From the NCBI GenBank assembly GCA_964016885.1, contig CAXHJY010000146.1:1-64000 (forward strand): 64,000 bases of DNA, read 5' to 3'. Origin of the DNA: Eledone cirrhosa (Eukaryota). The translations under genes and the position numbers were made by a program. The notes under the pieces are model-generated. The model searched no databases and was not told the origin of the DNA. It worked only from the letters and a program-made list of their open reading frames with translations. Position 1 is the first letter of the stretch; every line of letters begins with the position of its first letter. This document shows, one piece after another, positions 13,068 through 26,032 of the stretch.

Positions 13068-15612
13068 TTGAACGAATCACAGGAAGAAGTTTTTTTCTGT
13101 GACATACGTATGACCATGTCAACACTTCTGCTTGGTGTTGTTTATCGCCCCCCCCAAACTACCATCAGAACACACAGCTTTGCGATATCCTCAGAGTTGC
13201 TGCCAAGAAAACAGCCACTTATGTGTTTATTGCAGGTGACTTCAATCATCCTGAGATCGATTGGGAAACCTTTCGTTGGCCACAAGGTGCAAACGATTTC
13301 CTTGAACTAGTGCTGGACTCAAACTGGTCACAAGTAGTCACCTCTCCAACAAGAGGTGACAACACTTTGGGCCTGATCTTCACCACTACTCCCTGAAGTG
13401 GTTATCAGTTGTACTACTGAGGAACCTCAAGGCGACTCTGATCATGCTATGATCATTGCCAATCTGGCTCTTGCGGGCAGCAACAAAAACCAGAGCCATC
13501 TCCAATCTGCTTGCTTTGATTGGAAGAAAGCAGATTGGAACTTGTACTGCACTGAGCTACAGTGCCCAAACTGGCATGAGATGTATAACTCTGGAGATGT
13601 GAACACTATACTCCAGAGCATCCTGGGCTCAATATGGATAGCGTGTGCAGCATCGGTGCCACGTAAGCAGAAAAAAAACCACCCCAAAAGTGCAATTAGG
13701 GAAACTTCAGCGGTCCGACTTGCCAGGAAAGAACATCGGAACGCTAAACGGGAATATAAACTGCATAAATCAGATGCCAACAGAAAAAAGCGGAATAAAT
13801 CTTCCAACCATCTCACGCAAGTGACAAAGAAGGCAGTGCTTGAATTTGAACAGTGCATCGCAACCAATCCTGACAGTAAGGTGTTCTGGAAATATGTTCA
13901 TTCAAAGCAGAGACCTCACTCTCCAGTTGGTCCTCTTCGCAATCCCCACACAAGCCAGATCACTGACGATCCCAAAGAATGCGCAGAACTCATTGCTGAG
14001 TGCTATGCAAGTATTTTTACTGTTGAAAACCAGAATGTACCATCTCCACCATCTCTAACATCAAATTCCATAACAACTATGGAATTTACACCTGCAATGT
14101 TGCGACGTCACCTTAAGAATAAGCGCAACTATGCCTCCCCTGGTCTTGGTGTTACATACGTGCTTCTCAAACGTGGCAGGTATTTCCTTTTGCGCCAGCT
14201 TTCTTTCTTCTTTCAATACTGTCTCAACAATGGTGCTACTCCGGAGCAGTGGAAAACTGCCAGTGTCATTCCCCTGTTCAAAAAGGGCAACCGCATGTCA
14301 CCTGTCACCTATCGTCCAGTTAGTCTTACTAGCTGTATGGCCAAACTGATGGAATCCTGTGTCAGAGAAACACTTTGGAACTTCTGGAGCTCTCACAGTC
14401 TCATCCGCCCCTCACAGTTTGGATTTATCCCTAACTCCAGCTGCTGAGATCAACTTATCGAGTTCCTTGAAGACATCACCCGGATCACTGACAGCGGCTC
14501 ATGGGTGGATGTTGTTTACCTTGACTTTGCTAAGGCTTTTAATTCTGTGCCACACAAAAGACTTATGGCAAAACTCTCTGCAATGGGTGTGAGGGATGAT
14601 CTTTTCAATTTCTGGTTGAAATCCTTCATTCTCAGCCGAAAAGAGGTAGTCACAGTTCTAGGACAGCATTCTTCACCATATGAGATGTCAGTCATTTGGT
14701 GTACCACAGGGATCTGTTCTTGGTCCCCTTTTGTTTGTGGCATATATTAATGACATAGATGCCAACTTACAGAATGCCACGGTACTGAAATATGCAGATG
14801 ACATCAAGCTATACCTTGAAATCAAAAGGACTGATCCTGAAATCTACAACTCTTTCCTACAATCAGACCTGGACACAATGCAGCAATGGATCACAGACTG
14901 GCAACTGAAGCTGGCTGTGGACAAGTGTACCACCATGCATTTTGGGAGGAAAAATCCAGCGTCCACATACTCCCTCCATAAAACTGATATCAAGAAGTCC
15001 TCTTGTGAACGTGACCTGGGCATTACTGAATTCGCATCATCAGTCTGGAACCCCTATCTTGCTCAGAACATTGACCTCCTGGAAACTGTTCAGAGACGTG
15101 CAACCAAGCGCATACCCTCCATCAGACACCTACCATACTCTGAGCGCCTTACTTCCCTGGGCATGGATTCATTGAAGCTCCGACGTCTGGCAATGGACTT
15201 GGTAAATACCCACAAAGTTATTAACCATCTCGCCAATTGCAACCCTGAGCACCTTTTTGATTTCCATGTGTCTAACACACGTGGAAATGCCTACAAAATC
15301 AGAAAACAGCACAGCACCCATGACTTTCGTAAACATTTTTTCACGCTCAGAGTTGCTGAAGCATGGAACAAACTGCCTGCGTCAGTTGTTAGCTGCCGAG
15401 ACACTGCATCCTTTAAGACACTCATGCTTCCCGAAATACGCCAAAACTACACCTGATGTACCCCTTCCATACACATGCACATGTGTGTATCATGACTCAT
15501 GCACTGTTCATTTTCCTGATGTTTGTACATTACCCTATGTACTATACATACACTTTTTGATGAGTTGTAGTGCACCTGAGCACTGTACACAATATTTCAT
15601 TATTATTATTAT
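13068..15612 (+). mobile_element. CR1-like LINE, 5'-truncated (APE C-terminus + RT), with stops, frameshifts and an internal deletion
   Basis: Motifs GVVYRPP, AGDFNHPEIDW, PTRGDN, SDHAMI, YRPVSLTS, QFGF, YLDFAKAF, GVPQGSVLGPLLF, YADD and FFTLRVAEAWNKLP. Ends in an (ATT)n tail. Confidence 0.9.
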
Positions 15613-15621
15613 TATATATAT

Positions 15622-17932
15622 ATGGTGGAGGAGTCAATCAAGGCCAAAAAGCAGGCTTGGGGAAATAGAGAACACTATCAAGTGGCCAGGAGGGAAGCTA
15701 GGAGACAAGTGTCCTTTGGAAGAAGGGAAACAGAGGAAAGAAAGTTCAAGCATGTTCTACAACGCAGGGACCAAAAATGTTCTGGATTGCTAGACATGTG
15801 TCATGGAAAACCGTGATATTGTCGGGGAGAAGTGTGTCCGTAATGATGATGGTGTACTTGCCATCACTGATGCTGATAAGAAGGTATCTTGGAAGTGTCA
15901 CTACGAGAGGCTACTAAATGAGGAGAATAAATGGGAAAAGGATAGTCTGCCCCAAATCGATCCAAAAGAGGGACCAGCAGTGCAAGTTGAAGGTAGTATA
16001 ATAAGTAAGGCAATCAAAGATATGAAGACAGGCAAGGCAGCTGGGCCTTCGGAGATAGTTGCTGAAATGCTGAAAGCCTCTGGAATGGTGGGACATACTA
16101 TGGTCACGCGGATAGTAAACCAAGTCATACAGAACGGGGTCATACTAAAGGACTGGCGTAGTAGCATCATCATTAACTGCTACAAGGGTAAAGGAGATGC
16201 CCTAGATAGGGGAAACTATAGAGGCATTAAATTAATTGACCAGGTCATGAAGATCACAGAAAAAGTTATAGCGCAACTAATCAGAGAGTGAATTGATCTA
16301 GATGAAATGCAGTTTGGGTTTGTGTCAGGTAAAAGTACCACGGACGCTCTTTTCCTTGTACGACAACTACAGGAGAAGTACCTAGCTAAAAGTAAACCCC
16401 GATACTTAGCTTTTGTTGACTTGGAGAAAGCTTTTGACAGAGTCTCCCGTTCCATTATCTAGTGGGCTCTTAGAAAAGTAGGTGTTGATGAATTGCTTGT
16501 GAGAGCCATGTATAAAGAAACAGTCAGCAAGGTTAGAATTAACAACGAATATAGTGAAGAATTTAGCGTAAAAGTTGGTGTTCATCAGGGCTCTGTCTTT
16601 AGCCCCCTCCTATTTATTATTGCCCTTCAGGCTATAACAGAGGAGTTCAAGACCGGCTACTCATGGGAACTTCTATATGCAGATGATCTAACGCTCATAG
16701 CTGAACTAGAGAAGAAATTCCAAACATGGAAGCATGGCTTAGAATCAAAAGGCCTTAAAGTTAACTTGCCTAAGACTAAAGTTCTAGTGTGTAGGAAGGA
16801 AAATAGGGCACAGGTCCCCTCTGAGAAATGGCCATGCTCAGAGTGTAGGAAAGGAGTAGGCAGAAATTCTATTTTATGTCCCAAATGCAAAGTATGGGTG
16901 CATAAAAGATATAGTGGGATCACAGGTAAGCTATCCAAGAAGGTAGATTTTATATGTGGCCGGTGCTCAGGTGCAATAAGTAGCAAGTGCCCACAGGATA
17001 CTAGCTCCTTCTATTGCCCAGATGGCTCTATAGAAATAGTGGACACCTTCTGTTACCTGGGTGACAGAATCAGCAGTGGTGGAGGGTGCTCTGAAAGTAC
17101 AGTAGCCAGAGTCAGAACAGGATGGAAAAAGTTCAGAGATCTTATACCGCTATTGGCCACAAAAGGTTTCTCCCTAAAAATGAAAAGCAGACTGTATGAT
17201 GCCTGCATACGAACAGCAATGTTACATGGCAGTGAGACCTGGGCATTGTGTGCAGAGGATCTGCAATAGTAATATACGTGAACGGCAAAGCATAAATGAA
17301 CTAAGTAAGAAATTAGGAATAAGAGGGATCAGATGCTGTTTACTCGAGAGAAGACTCCGTTGGTATGCCCACGTGATGCGCATGAAAGACGACAGCTGTA
17401 TAAAAAAGTGCAGGGCGATCAAAATTGATGGCAGTTACGAAGTAGGCAGACCCAGAAAAACCTGGGACGATTTGATAAATTCTGACCTTATACACTTACA
17501 CCTCTCTAAGACAATGTCACTGGACCAAGATCTTTGGCGCTACGCAGTAATACAGAAGACCAACCTTGCCTATGTAAAGCGAAACCTAGTCAGTAGGCAC
17601 ATCTTAACCAAATATACACCCCCATCCCACTACCCCTACTCTACCCCCATTGGTACCACAACATCCAGTCCTAAATAAATGAGGTCGTGTAGGTGTCACG
17701 ACAAAAATAAAAAAACACAGTCCACGCTGTAATGTGGCCGTGTAGGTAACACGGTAAAAATCTCCCAGTCTACACTGTAAACATGGTTGATGTTAGGAAG
17801 GGCATCCAGCCGTAGAAAACCTGCCAGACAGTCCTATACGAGTAAGACGACCAATCTTGCCTCAAGTGGGACAATTCCCATCTAAACCCATGCTAGTGTG
17901 GAAGATAGATGTTAAACGATGATGATGATGAT
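15622..17932 (+). mobile_element. RTE-clade LINE, 5'-truncated, with PHD-like finger
   Basis: Motifs GKAAGPS, NYRGIKL, QFGF, FVDLEKAFD, GVHQGS, LLYADDL, CSEC..CPKC..H..CGRC, FCYLGD and RLRWY.HV.R. Repeated 3' UTR units, a (GAT)n tail, and TA runs on both flanks. Confidence 0.92.
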
Positions 17933-17949
17933 ATATATATATATATCCA

Positions 17950-18229
17950 GTCTTAGAATTGAACTGATGCGTTGTTTCCTTGAGCAAGACACTTTATTTC
18001 ACATTGCTCCAGTTTACTCAGCTGTAGAAATGAGATGATAGGGACTGGGGTCCCTATCATTCCACTGCAAAGTGGTCGTGGAAGTGCCATGGAAAAAAAG
18101 CACCTAGCACTCACTGTAAATGAGGTTGGTATTAGGAAGGGCATCCAGCTGTAGAAATCAAGCCAGAATCAGTTCCCGTCACACCCTTGCAGCAGGGAAA
18201 AGCGGACGCAGAATGATGATGATGATGAT
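17950..18229 (+). mobile_element. CORE-like SINE with RTE-derived 3' end
   Basis: CORE-like tccttgagcaagacacttt...tgctccagt...cagctg. The 3' ~105 bp matches the RTE 3' UTR at 56080..56185 (minus). (GAT)n tail. Confidence 0.75.
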
Positions 18230-18898
18230 ATATATAAATATATATACATATATATTATACCATTGACTCCAGGACTTAATAAACATTGGTAAAAAAAGTT
18301 TATTTAATGAAAGGCTAAGTTACTATGTAAAAGGATAAAACAATGGTTTACACTGTTAACATAAATAAAAACACTCACACACATATATATACATATATAT
18401 ATTTATATATTAATTTGAACAATGTCAGTATTCCGTCATAATTCTCGATTATCATTGGTTCATAGGTTTCAAACGACTCCGTCCACCTCAACGATGCCAC
18501 ACTTAAATTAATATGCATAATGCCAATGAGGGAGTGAGAGGCAAAGTGAACGCTGTGTTTAGATACACTATGTATATGTGTCAGCGTAGAGACATGTGTG
18601 TGTGTGGAAATAAGAGGGGAAGAAAAGCAATAACTATTAACATGTGTGCGTGTGTATGTACGTGCGCATATGTTTATGTGTGTGCGCCTGCATGCAGCGT
18701 TCCACAGAAAGTAAAAACCATCAACATGTGTGAGTGTGTGTAAGTTTGTGCGCGTTTCCATGCGTGTATGTGTGTGTACGTGCGGCATCCCACAATCACC
18801 GCGCAGTTTATCTGTCTGTGAGTCTAACATACACAGAGTTGTGAAGGGAGTAAATAGGGACCTTTTTTTACATTGACGGACATCTTTTATATTAATTA

Positions 18899-19254
18899 TC
18901 TATATCTATATCTACATATAATATAAAAGATTGGAACTTCCATCATCCTTTTGAGAAACGTGGAACAACCACGTCTATGCAATGATACACGTTTTACAGT
19001 CAGGCAGAAGATGAACCATCTAGAGGTCACTATTCTAGGTGGGAGCACCTAGAATTGTTCATATACTATGCACAAACGGTACAACGAAGAATCTGGTATA
19101 TTTGGAAGATTTTTTTTACTGTTTTTTGTATCACACAGACACCACGGACTCGCCTCATACTGTAACCAGACAAACATCCAAAACAGTCATTTTCTCTTTT
19201 ACCTGTCTTCTCTTATCATCTATTTACCTGGGCAAAGCTAGGTACGTCAGCTAG
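18899..19254 (+). mobile_element. Non-autonomous Helitron-like element
   Basis: 5' TCTATATCTATA..ATATAAAA start, subterminal hairpin acctgggcaaagctaggt, 3' CTAG followed by T. Confidence 0.55.
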
Positions 19255-20377
19255 TATATATTATATAAGGTAAATTACATTAGTTGATGATACAACTATA
19301 TAAGATATTCAGATATTTAAAGCTCTAATGTAATTTTGTCAATATCCAGATTGGCAAAAGACAGTTCTGAGATAAATTTGTAGATTTCTGGTCTTCGTAA
19401 ATTTGCAAAATACAGAGCATAAGATTTTTTCATATATATATATATATATATAACTTTGATAGGTTTCAGCCAGTGTTGGCCCAGGCCATGTCTAACTTAA
19501 TAGCACCACCAGGCAAAATTTTAGTAAGACAACTATAGTGTAGTTCTTGGGTAAGATTGAACCTCAGACTAGGAGATCCACTGTCTCTTACACCTACCAC
19601 TAGGCCACCGAGATGGTGATATATGTACATATATATATAACCCATGCTTACATAGAAATGACAATTATATATATATATATATATATATAATAAGCTTCTA
19701 TACAGTTTCAATCTGACATATTCAATTTATAAGTTATAGCCAACCTGAGGCAACGTTAGAAGACACATATCCAAGTATTAATTATTTGTTTAATCAAGTA
19801 GAAATATTCAATGTAAAACAAATACAGGGTTTCCTCTTCAATTTTGTTATTACCAATATCAATTTTGTCATCATCATTGTCAACTTTGATTTTGATATTG
19901 TCAATCTCAATTTCCTCATTGCCAACTTCAATTTCAATTTCATCATTACTGTAGGATGGAGTAAATCATTTTTATTTGGAAGAGTGATTAACAGACTTTG
20001 ACATTGCTGATTATTTCTTCTTTTTGATTTTGCAAAGGATTACAAATTTTGTATAAAGAAATTGTCACACTCTACATTACCGTAAATATACTTACATTTA
20101 AAACTAGATACTAGATACTACACTATATACAACACAACAAAAACAAAAGCAAATAACACCAGTTTAACCCTTTATTCATTATTCACATTTCTTAACTCCC
20201 TTAACATATTCCTAAAAAAAAATCCGGCACATTTTCAGTCAGCTCAATGTTGATCAAATTAAAGTCTGTTATATCACCTTTCATAATAATAAAAAAAAAA
20301 TAAAAATCCTGCAGTAATGATGAAATTGAAGGGAAAACTGTTTATTTGTGAAAGAATAGAAAATATTGAAAAATCAC

Positions 20378-20521
20378 CTTTGCCGAAGAATTGGCCATAG
20401 TTTGAATGCGAGGTATAACCTCTTGCATGAGAGACGTAGGCCAGAAGACTTGAGAAATTAAACCCAGTTGATGAGCCTCTGTAGCTGTTACTTTCCGCCG
20501 ACCTAGCAACAGTTCATTGGC
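20378..20521 (-). CDS. CDYL: CDYL-like gene, internal exon (ANELLLGRRKVTATEAHQLGLISQVFWPTSLMQEVIPRIQTMANSSAK)
   Basis: cag acceptor at 20522-24, gt donor at 20376-77, 144 bp, phase 0/0. Crotonase motif A.E.LL..RK.TA.EA...GL.SQVFWP. Confidence 0.93.
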
Positions 20522-20929
20522 CTGAGACAAACAAAAGAAAAAGACAAAAGATAAAGTGCATTAAAAGAAATGTAACACATTGTGCTTAATAATCTTTAAC
20601 CCTTTTGCAACCTCCGACTGCTAATTTTAAACTTTCCATCATGATTTTATTTTAAAAAATGTTTGTTATGTAATGTTTCAAAAATAAGCTTACTAATACT
20701 GGAAAGGTGAATTAACTCATTAAATTCAATTCTTCAAAATTAAATATTACACATAGGCAGTGATTTCATTAAAAATACAATAACAAAAACGGTCTAATAA
20801 CTTTTTCTTAAATAAAAGAAGTTTTCATTTTATTGGTGTGAATGATTTTGTATTCATTTTTCTGTAATAACATCATAGAAAATTGTTTTGTTAGATATTT
20901 TTGTATAATTTTGTATTATTTTTTCATAG

Positions 20930-21411
20930 AAGCTTCCATGCTTCAATGGATGTGTAATAGTAATATACATGAACAGCAAAGCATAAATAAACAGAGAGAA
21001 ACTGGGCATAAGAGGAATCATGTATGGACATGTGATGCGTATGAAGGATGACAGTTGTACAAAAAGGTGCAAAGTAAGCAGAATTGATGGAAGCTGACTT
21101 TGCAAAATTGCACCTCTCAAAGGCAATGACACAGAACCAAGATCAGTTATGCAGTAATACAGAAAACCCACCTTCCTATGTGCACGGGTTAAAGCATACA
21201 TCTAGTATAAATGACCTTCCATTCACTTGCCATGGTCTAACACTCTCCCTACATCCTATCACCCTCATCCAAGTCCCTAGTCCATACTGTAAAGTGGTTG
21301 TTTTGGTGCCACAACAAAAAGCAACCAGCCATAGAAACTAAAATCAGTTCTGTATAAGGAGGATATGGTCATCTGATCTGGAAAATGGGCATTAAATGAT
21401 GATGATGATGA
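20930..21411 (+). mobile_element. Degraded RTE 3' fragment
   Basis: EASMLQWMCNSNIHEQQSINK and YGHVMRMKDD-like sequence, followed by a (GAT)n tail. Confidence 0.75.
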
Positions 21412-21629
21412 AAGATATCAAGGCTTGTCACTTGACACATCTAGCCAGAAGAAAAACTGAAAATAACCAGTTTGTCAATGTTTTTTATAATAAGGTTCAG
21501 ATAAGTTGTTACAAATTGCAAAGCAATGAGAATCAGGACAGTCAATGGAATGTGCATATATAATGGCAGACATCATCATCATAATCACCATCATTTTACA
21601 TTAATTACTTGTTGCAGCAGCATTATTGT

Positions 21630-22870
21630 CCCTGTAGCAGTGATGCTACAGGGACAAAGAAGTTGATTTATAAAGGAACAATTATTAGGTGCATCAAATT
21701 GATGGGCCAAGTCATGAAAATGACAAAGAAAGTTATAGCACAGCTTAAAAGAATGAAAAGTTGCTCAGATAAGATGTAGTTTGGGTTTGTGCCATGACAG
21801 AGGCTCACCCAAACCCTATTTTTTAGTAAGAAAACTACAAGAGAAGTTCAGCACTATGACTAGCATCTGTTGTCATGATGAAGGTCTTTGATATGGTACA
21901 ACACTGTGCAGTCTGGTAGTCACTACTAACTGGATAACAGCTGTAATCTATATACAGATGATTCCTGTGAAATGAGGATTAGCAATGAAATCAATGAAGA
22001 ATTTAGTGGGTAGGTAGGTGTCCATCAAGGCTCAGTTCTCAGTCACCACTTGTTTATTATAGTTCTCTAGATCATAACAAGGAAATTCAAAACTGGCTAA
22101 CCAATGGAATTCTCACATGTCAATGATCTAGTTCACAAAGACAAATCAAAAAATAATTAGAGGAAAACTTCCAAACAGGGAAGCTGAGTCTAGAATCATG
22201 AGGCCCTAAGAATCAACACAGCAAAAACAAAAAATCTTAATTAGCAAGTAAAGATACAAAACTCTATTGTCGTATGAGAAGTAGCCATACTCAAAATTCT
22301 GGTTGCATAAAAGATGTAATGGGACTACATGCAAGTTGACAGAGAAGGACTTTGTATGTAGCAGACAGAGTAGTTAGCAGTAATATTGCCCATGGATTAC
22401 AATCTTTCAACATTATCGATCACCAAGAGTAGTCAACTGCTTCAGTTATTTAAGTGACCTAATCAACAGTGGAGGCAGGTATTACAAAACCATAGTAGCC
22501 AGAATATGGATGGGATGGAAAAGGTTGAGAGGTATTACTGCTGTTGGCGACAAAGGATTTTCCTCTGAGTGAAAGGTAAATTGTCAGAAGCCTGTTTGTA
22601 ATAAATACTTCATGGTATCAAGACATGGACACTAATGTGGTGGATGTGCAATGTCTAGGAAGAAATGACATGCACGTGTTCCTTTGCATGTGAAATGTTA
22701 ACATGTATATAGGATGAAGCATAGTTGAATTGAGAGATATTAATGGGCATCATAAGAAAGACTGCAGATAATGTGATGGGTATGAAAGATAACAGTTGGG
22801 TAAAGAAGGGTGAAGCAATCCAAGAGTAATGAGCTTGCAGAAGAGGAAGGGTGAGGGGGACACAGGATGT
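21630..22870 (+). mobile_element. Heavily degraded RTE LINE
   Basis: Remnants of IKLMGQVMK, FGFVP, GVHQGSVLS..LF, WLHKRC and GWK, collinear with 15622..17932. Confidence 0.7.
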
Positions 22871-23593
22871 GTTGAAGGATGAAAGAAATGGAGCAACTGC
22901 AACAAGTGATGAAACACTGTGCTGAAGCAAACATGCCGAACCCATGACTGTTGAAAAATTGACAACCGAACCAAAAACAGAAGTGGTACTTCCTTTTTAC
23001 TAAAGAACTGAAATAAGTAAGATATGTCCTGATGTAAACAATTCAAATCCTATGCCCAGCACCCTTGCAATTCTTTGTACCTAGCAAAGACTTAACTTAG
23101 ACTGACCTAATCTATCCATATAGACTATGCATACAATTGGACGTTACATTTAACTTAAACAATCATAGGCAAAATATATACTAGTTGAGTATTTTTAAGC
23201 TTATTATACATAATTCAAATATTCTTCTAGGTAACTGCAAAAGAGACATATATCAACAATATTATTATTCGACTAAACATGCCAAAATATGACTACCCAG
23301 ATATTTGTCTCAAACATTTATGAAAACAATCAGTGAAGCATTTTATATTATCTAAATGATGTCTAACATATAGTTATCTTATTGTTTGAAATCTCTTACT
23401 ATGTAGTAGACATAATGATCAAATGATTACTGCATTGTGACAGCAAGTAAAATGCCATACTCATTTAATGGTTTCATAATCAGCAGTAGAACAACATTAT
23501 AGCAATAAAGAGAGAAATAAGAGGAAAAGAAAATTTGTATATGTTGCATTTTATGCATTGAGAAATGTTCTTTGCTAGAAATAGCATACATAC

Positions 23594-23804
23594 CATTGCA
23601 ATACCAACAGCAAGAGGAAGTGTGTAAGAGGCACAAGCTTCTGGAGTCTGTCCCAGTTGAGAATAAGGTAAATAGAATGTTGCTTTGTCACTGGCATATG
23701 TAATATCACAGATAGGAAGTATAGCCATGCCAGTTCCTATGGCAGCCCCAGGAACAACAGCCACAATTGGTTTGGGAAAAGTAATAAAGGCTTTAGTAAA
23801 CTCT
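23594..23804 (-). CDS. CDYL: CDYL-like gene, internal exon ((R)EFTKAFITFPKPIVAVVPGAAIGTGMAILPICDITYASDKATFYLPYSQLGQTPEACASYTLPLAVGIAM)
   Basis: cag acceptor at 23805-07, gt donor at 23592-93, 211 bp, phase 2/0. Crotonase signature KPIVA.V.G.AIG.G..ILP.CD. Confidence 0.94.
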
Positions 23805-24732
23805 CTGTAAAGGAAAAGAATGAAATGATCAAAAGAAAATAGGGATATGAAAAAATAGTTACATATGATTATATATGAGAAGTAGTGAGCACAGGTAAAT
23901 AAAAAAAAAAATAAACAATGAGTCCCAGTTCAAGTTAATGACTTCATTTGAATTGCATAAACAGTACAAGGAAATCTTAGGAAAACTTTGTAATATAAAA
24001 TGTAAAAGTCCACACTTTCAGTAAACTGCATTAACTTCACTGAATTTACAATAATTAATTATTTGTTGTATTAACATCAAAGTCTGTTATAAGGGTGTTT
24101 ATTTTCTTTCCTATTCCATAATTATCAAGGTGGAAGTTTAGACAGAAGTTATGATATCAATTCTAAATGAGAGCCATATATTATAAGTGGTGTTAAACAA
24201 ACAAGCCAAGATGACACATTATCTTTAATTGAACAACATTCTAAGTTAAAGATTGACCTTCCACTTTCTCTCCTTTCAAGTTATATTTACTTTTTACTGC
24301 ATCCCCAGCTCCACCTTTCCAGTGTGAGCAGCATTGACTGTCTGTGTTTTTTTTTTTGTTAGCATTGGATGGCAGGAGAGCCATGTCTATATACTATGTT
24401 AGTTTCTTTTGTTATGAAGTTCAGTTTGCTGTTTCTGGGGTTATTTTAGTGTTTGAGACTGTACTATTAAGAAATAATGGAAAATTTAGGAAAACAGCTT
24501 TTGTGTTCTTAAATGACAAACGTTCCTCTTCCACAATGTAATAGTTTCAGTGTCAACACATGGCTTCAAATCAAGCCACTTGCTAAACAAGTACACAAAC
24601 AAATAAAACAGACATAAAACTATGAAGATGTTGGTTATATACATGTATATGTGAGTATACACATACACACGTGTGTATAGACAGACAAACAGACATTACA
24701 CACACAGTCATTAATTGTTTTCTTTATCATAC

Positions 24733-24896
24733 CTGAGTGCATCTGCCATCTTTCGGGCTTGTACCTTACGCTCACCAGTTAGTAAAAAATGAAGGTCTAT
24801 GCCAGAACAAAAGACACTGCCAAGACTTGAAAACATCACAAGGTGACTGTCATCATATTTGGCAGAATTTAAGGCAGACACAACTTCTTGAATAAC
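24733..24896 (-). CDS. CDYL: CDYL-like gene, internal exon (VIQEVVSALNSAKYDDSHLVMFSSLGSVFCSGIDLHFLLTGERKVQARKMADALR)
   Basis: ag acceptor at 24897-98, gt donor at 24731-32, 164 bp, phase 0/2. GSVFCSGID crotonase motif. Not in the ORF track. Confidence 0.92.
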
Positions 24897-25220
24897 CTTT
24901 GAATGATAAGAAAAGACAAATTAGATTTTCAAAAAAGAAACAATAGTAAAACAAACTTTTTGGGGGCTGGAAAAATACAAACCATCAACCTGACTGCTGA
25001 TAAGAATAGAAAATATCAATGTTGATGAATGGCTGTTTCCCTGAAGTAGATCTTGGAGCCAAGCAAATGTTTAAGAGCAAACCAAGTTTCATGCTTTTGA
25101 TATGTTATGCTTCAGTGTGTTTAGAAAGTAAGGTGCCACAATAAAAAGTATCCTGTACACCCTGTAAAGCAGCCAGCTGTGAAAACTATGCCAAGACTGG
25201 AACATATGTGTAACATTAAA

Positions 25221-25991
25221 TATACTATCTCCCTCCACAACACTGATATCAAGAAGTCCTCTTGTGAACGTGATCTGGGCATTACTGTCAGCAGTGATTT
25301 GAGCTGGACAAAGCGCGTCTCTAAGATCGTCAAGAAGGCCGAGGGTGTCTTGGCATCACTCTGCAAGACCTTTGTTAGCCACTCTCCAGCTATCTATTTA
25401 AAGTTATGGTACGACCACACTTGGAATTCACATCATCAGTCTGGAACCCCTATCTTGCTCAGAACATTGACCTCCTGGAAACTGTTCAGAGACGTGAACC
25501 AAGTGCATAACCTCCATCAGATACCTACCATACTCTGAACGCCTTACTTCCTTGGGCATGGATTCATTGAAGCTCCGACGTCTGGCAATGGACTTGGTAA
25601 ACACCCACAAAGTTATTAACCATCTCGCCAACAACAACCCTGAGCACCTTTTTGATCTCCATGTGCCTAACACACGTGAACATGCCTACAAAGTCAGAAA
25701 ACAGCACAGCTCCCATGACTTTCAGAAACATTTGTTCATGCTTAGAGTTGCTGAAGCATGGAACAAACTGCCTGAGTCAGTTGTTAGCTGCCGAGACACT
25801 GCATCCTTTAAAACCCTCATGCTTCCCGAAATTCGCCAAAACTACACCTGATGTCCCCCTTCCATACACATGCACACGTGTATATCATGATTCATGCACT
25901 GTTCATTTTCCTGACGTTTGTACATTACGCTATGTACTATACATACACTTTTGATGAGTTGTAGTGCACCTGAGCACTGTACACAATATTT

Positions 25992-26032
<41 letters not shown>
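25221..26032 (+). mobile_element. CR1-like LINE 3' fragment (same family as 13068..15612)
   Basis: Near-identical to 14965..15612, but keeps a segment deleted there. Long (ATT)n tail. Confidence 0.9.

Noticed and set aside
17670-17790. CRISPR-like repeat-spacer pattern
   Set aside because: These are degenerate ~55-bp tandem units of the RTE 3' UTR in eukaryotic DNA, with no unique spacers or cas genes.
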